Below, piece after piece: positions 38,377 through 48,213 of a DNA stretch of 64,000 nucleotides; position 1 is the stretch's first letter; the number at the start of each line of letters is the position of its first letter. Source of the DNA: Promethearchaeota archaeon (GTDB lineage Archaea; Asgardarchaeota; Lokiarchaeia; Sigyniarchaeales; SOKP01). Location of the stretch: assembly GCA_016839585.1 (NCBI GenBank), contig JAEOTZ010000021.1, positions 1 through 64,000 of the forward strand, written 5' to 3'. Below the pieces are notes generated by a model, which made no database searches, had not been told where the DNA came from, and was given only the letters and a program-made list of their open reading frames with translations. A program made the translations under genes and the position numbers.

Positions 38377-38898
38377 CTATTTTTTCCTTTTAGCTCTATT
38401 TTTATTTGATCTACTTGCTTTAAACACATATTTTATACGTGCAAAATTACATATTTCATCTAATTCCTCAATTCTTTCTTGTGGGAGTTTATCTCCTAAA
38501 GGTTCTTCAACGACTACACCACTTGTTAGAAATCTTTTAGACATTTCCACATATTTTCTTAAATCATTATATTGGGGGCCATATCCCTTTTTGAAACTCT
38601 CATTCCTAAGATTGATAATTAATAATGGAATATTGATGTTATCTTTTGGGCATACACGGGTACATCTTTCACATAAATAGCAATACCAAATATCAGATTC
38701 TTTTAATACACTTTTATCTCCTCGAAGAACTTTTGTAATTATCTTTCTTATATTAAAATTCGTAACTTTAGATGCAGGACAATCTCCAACACATTTTCCG
38801 CAAGATATACATTGAATCATATTTTTATTTTCATCTACATCATCTACAAGTTCTTCATAAAAGTCCCAATTCCAGTCTGAATCAGAATATTCGTCCAT
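38377..38898 (-). CDS. hdrC: Heterodisulfide reductase subunit C-like
   Basis: 'CISCGKCVGDCP' and 'IWYCYLCERCTRVCP'; co-directional, with hdrB 15 nt downstream. Confidence 0.85.
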   Translation of the reverse strand: MDEYSDSDWNWDFYEELVDDVDENKNMIQCISCGKCVGDCPASKVTNFNIRKIITKVLRGDKSVLKESDIWYCYLCERCTRVCPKDNINIPLLIINLRNESFKKGYGPQYNDLRKYVEMSKRFLTSGVVVEEPLGDKLPQERIEELDEICNFARIKYVFKASRSNKNRAKRKK

Positions 38899-39102
38899 TA
38901 TTTTAAATTTTAATGATTTAATATTTTGTAATACCTCTTTCTATGAGAGATTCATAATTCATTGTAAAAAAATGTAAGGTTTTTTGTTCATAAAACAAGA
39001 CTAGAAATTAATTACTAAAATTAACTTTTAGATTTATTTTTTTATTTCATAATCCCGAAGAGGAAAAAATACAAATTTAATAATAAAAAAAAAATAAATA
39101 GT

Positions 39103-39861
39103 TTATTCACTTTTTAAAAAGATTTCCTTCATCCATCTTGGTAAAAGAAAACCTCCATAAAATTCAATCGCACTTGTTATTAACAGTAACCGAACAATAA
39201 CGACCAATATCGATAGAAGGAGGTCAGCAGGATCTTCAAAAACTGCTCCAAGGGAAGAATCTAAAACTGCAGCGACTGTAAAAGTAATGAAAGCAGCACG
39301 GAGTAGTTTTCCTTTCAATCGTACTTCCCGATCATCGGATTTAACCGATTTTTGAGCGAAAATAACTCCAGTAATTAACATTATTAGGATAATAAGTATT
39401 AGATAGATTGTTATAAAAATGCCAAAATCTACTGTGAAGGGTCGTGTAGGATTAATTATTCCTATTAAATCAATATCTATGAAAAATAAAATGAAGAACG
39501 TTACTTCAAATACTAAAGAAAAAATATAAGTTAAAATTACTGCCATTAATTGAAGATTTTTATTGATCATATCTGTATATGCGACGATCCAGCATAGAAG
39601 TGCTATTGGAATAAATACATTACCGATAATAAAGTACCATCCTGCTGGTAAGGACTCCCCAACAATTAAATTCATTAAGAAACTAATAGAATCAGGCCAC
39701 CAAGGTAAAGAAACTCCCACCCAAGATAAACCCACTAAAAAATATAACCGAGATTTATATTTAGGATATTTTGATAAAATTGCAAATCCTAATATCAATG
39801 AAATGATAACAAAGATTAAACTAAAACTACCTTGTAAAATATCTACTGGTTCGAGCGTCAA
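39103..39861 (-). CDS. Seven-TM membrane protein of unknown function (receptor/sensor-like)
   Basis: About 7 hydrophobic helices; C-terminal 'YGGFLLPRWMK'; GGTGA RBS before the TTG start. Confidence 0.7.
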   Translation of the reverse strand: MTLEPVDILQGSFSLIFVIISLILGFAILSKYPKYKSRLYFLVGLSWVGVSLPWWPDSISFLMNLIVGESLPAGWYFIIGNVFIPIALLCWIVAYTDMINKNLQLMAVILTYIFSLVFEVTFFILFFIDIDLIGIINPTRPFTVDFGIFITIYLILIILIMLITGVIFAQKSVKSDDREVRLKGKLLRAAFITFTVAAVLDSSLGAVFEDPADLLLSILVVIVRLLLITSAIEFYGGFLLPRWMKEIFLKSE

Positions 39862-39944
39862 TAAATTTCACCAAATTTTTAAAAAATTGCATATAAATTT
39901 ATTGAATTAAAATTAACTTTTTAACATAAATAATTTTGCTTAAA

Positions 39945-41033
39945 TTATATTATTTCATAATTTATATATGATGGGTGCCTCTCTAATTGATCTGTTAACA
40001 ACTTAAGATGAGTTAGATATTCATCCGAGGAGATACTCCCCTCCTTATACCTCTTAGTTAATCTTTCAAATATATAAAAAGGTGTAAATTTAATGAAATG
40101 GACATCCGAAAAACTATAAACAAAACCCTTTGCTTCATAAATAAATTTTTTCTCAATTAGTTCCGTAAATAGATCTTCCTTATTATTTAAAATATTTAAG
40201 GATTCATCTACAGAAAGCCTCTTTTCTCTTAATGTTTTTAACAATGAAAAAACATCTTTATCTAATATTACCGTTTGTAGAATTGTTTTATTCTCAATGT
40301 CTGCTACAGAATCATAGTTTATAAAAAACTTTATCAACGCTTTCTTATACTTTCTTAAAACTTTCTCTTCTATTTGATCATTTGACAAACTTTTAGGAGG
40401 AATTCGTGTACAAGAAAGATCCTTTATTAAGAAATAACATTCTTTGATTCCAGGGATATTATCTTTAATAATTAAGTTCTCTTGTATGAAAGAAATTAGT
40501 AATAAATCAATATTAATAGTTGAGAATCCATATTCTTGCCTTAAAATATTGGTTAATTCCAATTTAGATATTACTCCATTTCTTAGAATCTCTAGAATAG
40601 TGAATTTTATTCTATCTTGGAAAAAGCTAATTAAGTTTTCTTCTTCATCTAATTTAGAATAATTAATTATAGTATTAAATGCCTCAGAAATAGCACGAGT
40701 AATTTTATTAGTATTGATCAGTTCTACTAAATTCCTACTCATAATTGCTAATATGTCAGGAGAATCTTTTATAATATTTTCAAACATATTTTTTTTATTA
40801 TAAACTAACACTAGAAAGTATATTTCACCTTCAAATTTTTGTATAATTGAAGTAAAATGGTAAATACCCTCTTCATGAAGGAATTCTATTATTGAATTTT
40901 CTTTATTTAATTCATGCTTAGCCCAAATTTTCAAGAATACATCTTTTGGAGGAAAAGACTTTTCTGGTGGATATTGGATTATAGGTTCTGGACCTGTGCT
41001 TTTATTCCAATAAACCAAAATAATTCGCTCCAT
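39945..41033 (-). CDS. Longin/uDENN-like N-terminal domain + winged-helix-like segments
   Basis: 'IILVYWNKSTGPEPIIQYP' fits the longin/uDENN beta-hairpin 'F...GP....YP'; 'ILEILRNGVISKLELTNILRQEYG....IDLLLISFIQENLI' is wH-like. Confidence 0.6.
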   Translation of the reverse strand: MERIILVYWNKSTGPEPIIQYPPEKSFPPKDVFLKIWAKHELNKENSIIEFLHEEGIYHFTSIIQKFEGEIYFLVLVYNKKNMFENIIKDSPDILAIMSRNLVELINTNKITRAISEAFNTIINYSKLDEEENLISFFQDRIKFTILEILRNGVISKLELTNILRQEYGFSTINIDLLLISFIQENLIIKDNIPGIKECYFLIKDLSCTRIPPKSLSNDQIEEKVLRKYKKALIKFFINYDSVADIENKTILQTVILDKDVFSLLKTLREKRLSVDESLNILNNKEDLFTELIEKKFIYEAKGFVYSFSDVHFIKFTPFYIFERLTKRYKEGSISSDEYLTHLKLLTDQLERHPSYINYEII

Positions 41034-41183
41034 ATTTAAATTCTAACAATTATTCTATTAATTTTTATGTAATATACTTAAGATTACAAAGTAATATAGT
41101 TTTGAATTAAATTAACTATTATATTCGAAATTATATGTTTCCAATATTTTAAAAATAGATATGGTTTTCAAATAGAAATGAAT

Positions 41184-41435
41184 TTAAAAAAATTGAGGAT
41201 AAGTTTGCTCTATTTTATCTAAAGTCAAAGTTAAGAAATTGAGTAAGTCCTTATTATTAGAAATGTTGATATTATCAATAACATTGTTTAATATTTGATT
41301 TCCCATTTTAATGTCATTCTCAGTAAATCGTTCTTTTTTATTACTGAATAAATAATTGAATTCTTGTTCTAACCATATGAGTTCTTCTTTTAAGGTATCT
41401 TCCAAAATTCTATTATAATTTTCATTAACACTCAT
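41184..41435 (-). CDS. Small helical hypothetical protein
   Basis: 83-aa ATG ORF with amphipathic helices. Confidence 0.6.
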   Translation of the reverse strand: MSVNENYNRILEDTLKEELIWLEQEFNYLFSNKKERFTENDIKMGNQILNNVIDNINISNNKDLLNFLTLTLDKIEQTYPQFF

Positions 41436-41634
41436 TCTAAATCCATTCTGAAATTATATAATTATTCATTCTTATTACTTTATGAATTAAATAGTCTTCT
41501 AACTTATAAAATTTCCATGAATAACGTTTTTTTATAATAATGAAACGAACAATTATGAAAACTCATGAATTATTTATATATGAGATTTAATTCTTTAGTT
41601 TTTAATCATTACTGATAAAAATTACTTTATTTTC

Positions 41635-41808
41635 CTAATCTTCTAATTCTTTAAAATAGTATCTCGTGATTATCTTTGAAAGTTCATAGATAGATTGCAA
41701 ATTATTTGTATTTATTGCATTTTTCAGTTTTTCATATGCATCAGATAAACTCATAACAAAATTTTCCCTTAGATTATTAAATATTATTATTTTTTCTTTT
41801 TCATTCAT
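41635..41808 (-). CDS. 57-aa small helical protein (below the ORF-track cutoff)
   Basis: Manual translation: MNEKEKIIIFNNLRENFVMSLSDAYEKLKNAINTNNLQSIYELSKIITRYYFKELED*; co-directional with both neighbours. Confidence 0.5.
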   Translation of the reverse strand: MNEKEKIIIFNNLRENFVMSLSDAYEKLKNAINTNNLQSIYELSKIITRYYFKELED

Positions 41809-41930
41809 ACGCTACGAATTATGATTAAAAATAAAAAATGGAGATAATATCTCAGTAATATGATATATGTTAAAATATCTAAAAATTACAATTATTAGTT
41901 CTTGAATTTTTTTTGAAATTCAAGGATAAT

Positions 41931-41998
41931 AAAAAAAAAATAAACAGTTGTAAGTAATTTATAACTAATAATATAGTAAAAATTCTTAATAACTGTTT
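41931..41998 (-). terminator. Hairpin followed by a U-tract downstream of the cold-shock gene
   Basis: AAACAGTT (41942-49) / AACTGTTT (41991-98) arms with further inner pairing, followed on the minus strand by a T10 run (A-run 41931-40). Confidence 0.4.
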
Positions 41999-42024
41999 TC
42001 AACTTAGTTTGATACTTTAAAATA

Positions 42025-42267
42025 TTACCTGAAGGTATTTCTCTTCATACGTGGTCCCTTTTCAGTAATTCGTACATCTTTTGCTTGTTTGCCTTTTTGA
42101 CCCTCAACTATTTCAAAATCAACTTTATCTCCTTCGTATAATGTTCTAAAACCACTTTCATCATCAAGAATGCCACTAAAATGGACAAAAATATCTTCCC
42201 CTTTATCGGTAGTAATAAAACCATATCCTTTCCGGCTATTAAACCATTTTACAATTCCATTAACCAT
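42025..42267 (-). CDS. csp: Cold-shock domain protein
   Basis: '[15 protein letters not shown]' (RNP1), 'DIFVHFS' (RNP2), '[22 protein letters not shown]'. Confidence 0.96.
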   Translation of the reverse strand: MVNGIVKWFNSRKGYGFITTDKGEDIFVHFSGILDDESGFRTLYEGDKVDFEIVEGQKGKQAKDVRITEKGPRMKRNTFR

Positions 42268-42430
42268 TATTTAGACCTATTAGAGTACATAATACATAGT
42301 AATTATTGCTTCAAATTGAAACAACTAAACCCATATCATTTTTCATTATAAATAACTTTATTCTTTCATGCATTGATTTTTTAATTTAATTTTAGAATAA
42401 AGAGAGCTAATAAATGATTTCTCGCTTAAC

Positions 42431-43273
42431 TTATCTTTTTTTCTCTAAATATTTTATAAGAAGATAATAAGCAATAACCATTAATAGTAGTGCTCCTAAA
42501 ATAATTAACAGTATCGTATTAAAATAAAGAGATTGTGCTTCTATAGCATTAATCGGTAAATCATCTATTGGAATGGGAAGATCAAGATTATATTTGTTGA
42601 ATAATAAAGCACCTAAAGTAGCATAAAAGAATGCTCTAAAAATTGATCCTATCAATGTTCCAATTAAATACTTTTTTATATCTATTTCAACTAATCCTGA
42701 TGTGTAAGAGATAACGTCAAATGGGATAAATGGTACAAATCTAGTAATGATAATTGCTGTTGTACCATGTTTTTTAATAAATTCATCTGCGATATTTATA
42801 GCTTTTTCTCCTACAAATTTTTCTGCTAAAGGTCTTCCACCTTTTTTACTTATATAGAAACATAATATACCGGCTGCCATTGAGCCAATAATACCCATAA
42901 GACCTCCCAAGTAAATACCCCAAATCATTCCAGTTGCTAATAAGACAACTTCTGACGGAATTGGAACTATAAGACCCTGAAATGCCATAATTACAATGAA
43001 TAAGAAAATCCCTATAACTTGCAATTTATAAATTGGATTTACAAAATATTTTACAACAAATTTATATAAAATAGTTTCATCAATGAAAAAAATGTAATAT
43101 AGAAGAAATAGAGATATAGCTAATAAAAATATAAATATGATAATATAAATTATCGTTTTAGTGTCATACTGAGAAAACTTAATTAAGTTTTTGAAATAGC
43201 TTTTTATTCTAGCTGAAAAAGATTGTTTTTCTTTAAAATCATTCTCATTATCTCTTTTTTCCATTCTACTCAA
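42431..43273 (-). CDS. DedA/TVP38/TMEM64 (VTT domain) membrane protein
   Basis: 'PIPSEVVLLATGMIWG', 'FYISKKGGRP', 'RFVPFIPFDVISYTSGL'. Confidence 0.92.
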   Translation of the reverse strand: MSRMEKRDNENDFKEKQSFSARIKSYFKNLIKFSQYDTKTIIYIIIFIFLLAISLFLLYYIFFIDETILYKFVVKYFVNPIYKLQVIGIFLFIVIMAFQGLIVPIPSEVVLLATGMIWGIYLGGLMGIIGSMAAGILCFYISKKGGRPLAEKFVGEKAINIADEFIKKHGTTAIIITRFVPFIPFDVISYTSGLVEIDIKKYLIGTLIGSIFRAFFYATLGALLFNKYNLDLPIPIDDLPINAIEAQSLYFNTILLIILGALLLMVIAYYLLIKYLEKKR

Positions 43274-43413
43274 AACATAAAGTAAAAATTAAGTAATATA
43301 GGTAATTTAGATTTGAATAAAAATTATTTTTTTTCTTTAATTCAAAACAAATTTATTAGTTTGCTTATCTATCTCTTATTATGTATTGATATATTTATTC
43401 AAAGTGCTTAAAA

Positions 43414-44058
43414 ATGAAAGAAATTTTTAAGGATATTTACCATATCGGAAATTCTGGCTGTTCTGTTTACTTGGTGGATACAAAAAGCAATAATGGTTTA
43501 GTGTTAATTGATTGTGGTATGAGTCTTAGTTTAATAAAAAAAATAAGTAAAAGAGCTTTAAATCCTATGAATATTAAACATTGTATTTTAACTCATTTCC
43601 ATATAGATCATATCGGTGCATGCCATGATCTTAAGCAATTTAATAAAAACGTAAAATTTTACGCTCATGAGTTAGATGCTGTCGCTATTGAAGAGAAAGG
43701 GCATGATAAGGAAACAGCAGCTAAGTGGTATGGGGTAAATTATAAACCTATAAAACTTTCGAAAAGATTAAAAGGAGAACTAGAAATTTTAAAATTTGGA
43801 TCATACGAATTTAAATGTATTCACACTCCAGGGCATACACCAGGATCTATATCAATATTACTGGAGTTAGACGAAAAAATCTTATTTGGTCAAGATATAC
43901 ATGGTCCAATAATTCCAGGTGTAAGTGATTTTGAGGAATATCAGGATTCTCTCAAAAAGCTTTTAGATTTAGAAGTAGATATTCTATGTGAAGGTCATTT
44001 TGGTATCTTTCAACCCGCTGAAGAAGTACAAAAATATATTAAACAATATATAGAATAA
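43414..44058 (+). CDS. MBL-fold metallo-hydrolase (glyoxalase II-like)
   Basis: 'LIDCG', 'THFHIDHIG', 'HTPGHTPGSI', 'LFGQD', 'LCEGH'. Confidence 0.92.
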   Translation: MKEIFKDIYHIGNSGCSVYLVDTKSNNGLVLIDCGMSLSLIKKISKRALNPMNIKHCILTHFHIDHIGACHDLKQFNKNVKFYAHELDAVAIEEKGHDKETAAKWYGVNYKPIKLSKRLKGELEILKFGSYEFKCIHTPGHTPGSISILLELDEKILFGQDIHGPIIPGVSDFEEYQDSLKKLLDLEVDILCEGHFGIFQPAEEVQKYIKQYIE

Positions 44059-44086
44059 ATAAATAAAAAAAATAAAAATTTTCTTC

Positions 44087-47000
44087 TTATTTTAATTGAC
44101 TCTTAAGAGTATCTGCATTCTTTTTTATTATACCAGCTAAACTTGACTTGCTAGCACCTATCTTCTCTAAAACTTTTAATGCCTCATCAAATTGCTTTAA
44201 TGCTTTAGGTTTTTTACCTTGATTTTTATAAATTAAACCAATACTGTGTAAAACTTCCGCTCGACCCTCTAGATCTCCGAGTATACTAAAATCTTCTATT
44301 GCTTCTTCAAAATATTTTAAGGATTTTCGATAAATCTCTTGATCCATATAGAGAGATCCGATTTTATTGAGGAAATTTGCTTTTGCCTTAATATCATTTT
44401 GATTTTCAGATAGATTAAGCCCCTCTTCATAATATCTCAATGCTTCTTCATATGATTTCTGTTCACTCATAATTAATCCTAAATTCTCAAGTGCCTCAAT
44501 CAGTCCTTCAATATTCTCAAGATGTTCAAATATTCGAAATGCCTCTTCAGATCTTTCCAAAGCCTCATCAAACCTTCTCTGATTAAAGTAAATCATACCG
44601 ATATTTTTTATTGAATTAGCCTTATCTTTCAAGTTACCAACTTGTTCATTGATTTTTAATGCTGCTTCATATTGAGTTAATGCTCTTGAATATCTTTTTT
44701 GTATTTGATAAATTTCTCCTATATTTACTAATCGTTTTGCTCTTCCCGGTAGATTACCTAATTCATCATCTATTTCTAATCCTTTTTCATATTGGTTTAG
44801 TGCATCATCATATTTTTCTTGATATTGATAAATATTTCCTATAGTTTCAAGGATATTAGCTTTCATTTCAAGATTTCCTAGTTTTTCAGCAACTTGAAGT
44901 ATATTTTCATATTGTTTTAGAGCTTCATCATACCTCTCTTGATATTGATAAACATTTCCGATAACTTCTAAGATTTTGGCTTTTTCTTCGAAGTTTTCTA
45001 ATTCTTCAGTAATAAAGAGTGCTTCATCAAACCATCTTAGGGCTTCGGGGTAATTAACTTGATCTAGATACACATTGCCAATAGTTTTAAGAATTTTCGC
45101 TTTCATTGATAAATCCTCCAACTGTTCAGAAATTAATAGTACTTCTTTAAAATTTTTTATAGCCATATCATAATTTACTTGATAAAGATAATTAAGCCCA
45201 ATATTAGTAATTGCTATGGTTTTTCCTTCGAGATTTCTCATTTTTTCATAAATATTTAAGGTTTCTTCGAATTTTTTGAAAGCATCAGAATAATTTCCTT
45301 GGTCTTGATCAATCAAGCCAAGATTTATAAGAGCTTTGGCCTTTCCCTTAAGATTTCCTTGTTGTTCATACACATTTAAGGCTTCTTCAAACCGACTCAA
45401 AGCTTCAGGGTAATTTCCTTGATCAAGATAAATTACTCCAATATGATTGATGCTATCTGCATATCCAACATCATTCTTTAAATCCAAATAGATGGTTACT
45501 GCATCTTCAAATTTTTTTAAAGCTTCCTTATAACTAGCCTGTTCACGATAAATTAATCCTATCTTGTTGAGATAAGCAGCTTTATCTCCCAATCTGCTTA
45601 GTTTTTCAGAGATCTCTAATATTTTTTCATATCTCCTAATTGCCTTGGGATACGCTTTTTGTTTAACATAAATGCTTCCACTCTTTTTAAGAATACTTGC
45701 CTTTCCTTCAATGATGCCCAATTCATCTATAATCTGTAAGGTATTTTCATATTGTTCTAATGCAGCTGGAAAATTTTTTTGTTTCTTATAAATATTTCCA
45801 ATATTGAATAATAATCGTGCTTTATCCTCCAAATTACCTGTTTGTACAATGATATTTAGAGCTTCTTGAAATTGGTTTAAAGCTTTAGTTAAATTCCATT
45901 GATTTGTATAAATTAAGCCATTGTTAAACAGACATTCAGCTTTTCCTTCTAAATTTCCTAATTTTTCAAAAAGAGGAAGCGCTTCTCCAAACTCTTTTAA
46001 AGCTTTTCTATGGTAACCTTGCCTTCTAAAGATTGTACCTATTTTTAATTTGGAATTTGATTTCCCTATTAAATCTCCTAACTCATCATAAATCTTCAAC
46101 CCCTCTTGAAAAACATCTAGAGAATCAGAATATCTGTGTTGAATATTAAGTATATTTCCAATTTTTCTTAGAGTATTAGCTTTTTCTCTTAAATTACCCA
46201 GTTTATTATATATCTTAATTAAATCTTCATATTTTAATATTGCTTCATTAAAATTCCCTTGTTCTTGATAAATTTGCCCTAAATTATTAAGATCATATGC
46301 TATCCTTGCAAGATTTTTTAACTTTTCATCAATCTTTAAAGCTTCATTAAAATATTCTAATGCTTTAGTATAATTTCTTTGACTATGATAAATTACTCCG
46401 ATATTACCCTTGTTCATTGCTTTGTCTTTAAAATTCTTTGTGGTTTCTACAATTTGAAGTGCTTCTTCAAAAGAATTTAGTGCTTCCGGGAATTTTTCTT
46501 GATCCTTATAAATTAATCCTATTTTATTTAGTAATGTTGCTCTTAGGCTTAAATTACCTGATTCTTCAGAAACACTAATCAATTCCTTAAGACATCCTAA
46601 TGCTTCATCATATTCATTAAGAAAAAAATAAATTTTGTAAGAAATAGTATTTTTGATAATATCATCAATAGCTTTAAGATTATCTTTAAACCAATCTGAA
46701 ATATTTATAGAGAAGTTTTCTTTACTAATCTCTGGCTTAATATCTAATAAGTCTTCAAATAATTTTGTTGTATTCGTATTTACGCGATATATATTTACAT
46801 CGTAATTTATTTGTTTTATGTCATTTAGTATGTAATCAAAATTATCCAATTTTTCTAAGGATTGAATTCGCTTAGCATCAACTTCATAAATTTCTTCCTT
46901 TCCTTCGTCTTCAATATGATTAATCCAAATGATATTTCTAAGGTTCTTTAAGATTTTAAGTGTAGGAATAATATCATTATCATTCTGACCAGAATAGCCT

Positions 47001-47677
47001 ACAATAATAAGTGAACGTTCATTTGTGATATTATCAAATAAAGGACGTTTATATGGTTCTAATTGAAATATATTTAATCCTTCTTTATTAGAACCTAATA
47101 ACTTGATTGTATCAATTAAAGAATCGCTAGTATCTTCCTCAAAAATAATATTTTTAGCTGAGCCATGGATCTTATGTAGTGAAAATCTTCCACTTTTCAA
47201 CAATTTGATAGGATCACTAAATTTTTTAAAATCTTTTTCAGTAATGGCAGTAACTATCCTTTTTTTCATCACATTAGATTGTAATAGAGCATATTCGATT
47301 AAAAAATCGAAATTCGTAGTTATAACAAAAGCCCCTTTCTTAATCATTTCTGCAATAAAATAGTGCTGAATATTTGGTTTATCGCATAATCCATAATAGT
47401 CAAAAATCATTATTGCCTCATCTAAGCAATCACGAATAATATCTAAAATTGTTTCAAGTCTTAAGTTTTTTAATTTTAGGATTTTCTCTATCTCTGATTT
47501 AGCACAACTATACTTAATGATGTTTTTTATCATTTCATTGCTGGCTGGTAGACATGATGGTGGGTCGACAGAACAACCAGCACCTACTAGAAATGTTAAA
47601 TCTTCACCTTTTTTCAATAAATCACGTATATTGAGCTTCGATTCATTATTTATAGACGTCATTTTTTTCGCACTCAT
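44087..47677 (-). CDS. SIR2-like (SIR2_2) domain + about 20 TPR repeats
   Basis: 'FLVGAGCS', 'ITTNFD', 'KIHGS', 'IIVGYSG..D.DI'; then ~40-aa repeats 'KA..L.NIG.IY..Q..Y.EAL..FEEAL.I.E.LGN' from about aa 345 to the end. Confidence 0.9.
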   Translation of the reverse strand: MSAKKMTSINNESKLNIRDLLKKGEDLTFLVGAGCSVDPPSCLPASNEMIKNIIKYSCAKSEIEKILKLKNLRLETILDIIRDCLDEAIMIFDYYGLCDKPNIQHYFIAEMIKKGAFVITTNFDFLIEYALLQSNVMKKRIVTAITEKDFKKFSDPIKLLKSGRFSLHKIHGSAKNIIFEEDTSDSLIDTIKLLGSNKEGLNIFQLEPYKRPLFDNITNERSLIIVGYSGQNDNDIIPTLKILKNLRNIIWINHIEDEGKEEIYEVDAKRIQSLEKLDNFDYILNDIKQINYDVNIYRVNTNTTKLFEDLLDIKPEISKENFSINISDWFKDNLKAIDDIIKNTISYKIYFFLNEYDEALGCLKELISVSEESGNLSLRATLLNKIGLIYKDQEKFPEALNSFEEALQIVETTKNFKDKAMNKGNIGVIYHSQRNYTKALEYFNEALKIDEKLKNLARIAYDLNNLGQIYQEQGNFNEAILKYEDLIKIYNKLGNLREKANTLRKIGNILNIQHRYSDSLDVFQEGLKIYDELGDLIGKSNSKLKIGTIFRRQGYHRKALKEFGEALPLFEKLGNLEGKAECLFNNGLIYTNQWNLTKALNQFQEALNIIVQTGNLEDKARLLFNIGNIYKKQKNFPAALEQYENTLQIIDELGIIEGKASILKKSGSIYVKQKAYPKAIRRYEKILEISEKLSRLGDKAAYLNKIGLIYREQASYKEALKKFEDAVTIYLDLKNDVGYADSINHIGVIYLDQGNYPEALSRFEEALNVYEQQGNLKGKAKALINLGLIDQDQGNYSDAFKKFEETLNIYEKMRNLEGKTIAITNIGLNYLYQVNYDMAIKNFKEVLLISEQLEDLSMKAKILKTIGNVYLDQVNYPEALRWFDEALFITEELENFEEKAKILEVIGNVYQYQERYDEALKQYENILQVAEKLGNLEMKANILETIGNIYQYQEKYDDALNQYEKGLEIDDELGNLPGRAKRLVNIGEIYQIQKRYSRALTQYEAALKINEQVGNLKDKANSIKNIGMIYFNQRRFDEALERSEEAFRIFEHLENIEGLIEALENLGLIMSEQKSYEEALRYYEEGLNLSENQNDIKAKANFLNKIGSLYMDQEIYRKSLKYFEEAIEDFSILGDLEGRAEVLHSIGLIYKNQGKKPKALKQFDEALKVLEKIGASKSSLAGIIKKNADTLKSQLK

Positions 47678-47881
47678 TAAAAATATAAATTTTTAGTTGA
47701 ATTAAGTTAGATGATTCTTTTTATTCTTAAAAAGTTTATTTTAAAACTTATATCCTAATTTTTTGAAAGGATTTTGCACAAGTATCCATCTTATTATATT
47801 AATTTTGTTGTTTAAAAAAGTAAAATTTAAAGAAATTACAAAATTTTTTGAGACAATAAAACCAAAAAATGAGTATGTTAA

Positions 47882-48115
47882 ATGGAAAATAAAAAATTCC
47901 TCCAAATAGGGTTATCAGGTAGTATAATCACTATCTTTTGCCTTATAATATCTCTGATGGTATCCTTAGCGACTAATTATTGGATTTGGGAGCTGGGTAA
48001 TCTTCCATTACCAACGGCAGAAATATTTATAATAATCTTTGGAATTATTATTGGAATTAGTGGAATTTTTTCTGGTGTTTTTATTGCTATATGGATTATT
48101 AAAAGTAAAACTTAA
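47882..48115 (+). CDS. Small two-TM membrane protein
   Basis: 77 aa with two hydrophobic helices. Confidence 0.55.
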   Translation: MENKKFLQIGLSGSIITIFCLIISLMVSLATNYWIWELGNLPLPTAEIFIIIFGIIIGISGIFSGVFIAIWIIKSKT

Positions 48116-48213
48116 AACAATCTAAAAAATTTCTTAATTTCATAATTTAAATTCTACAACTTCTAATATAAAAAGTAAAATTTTACTTCTTTCTTGTATT
48201 TCACAATTTTAGA

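Noticed and set aside
39103-39861. 7-TM protein as a rhodopsin or true GPCR
   Set aside because: No retinal-binding Lys motif in helix 7 and no GPCR signature recognised; TM count alone is insufficient.
24885-40662. ORFs 24885..25073, 25383..25739, 26061..26261, 30372..30575, 33093..33293, 36970..37218, 38285..38680, 39563..39910 and 40444..40662
   Set aside because: Antisense shadows of motif-supported genes.
44087-46650. 120-nt periodicity as a DNA repeat array or CRISPR
   Set aside because: The periodicity is explained by degenerate 40-aa TPR coding repeats within one ORF.
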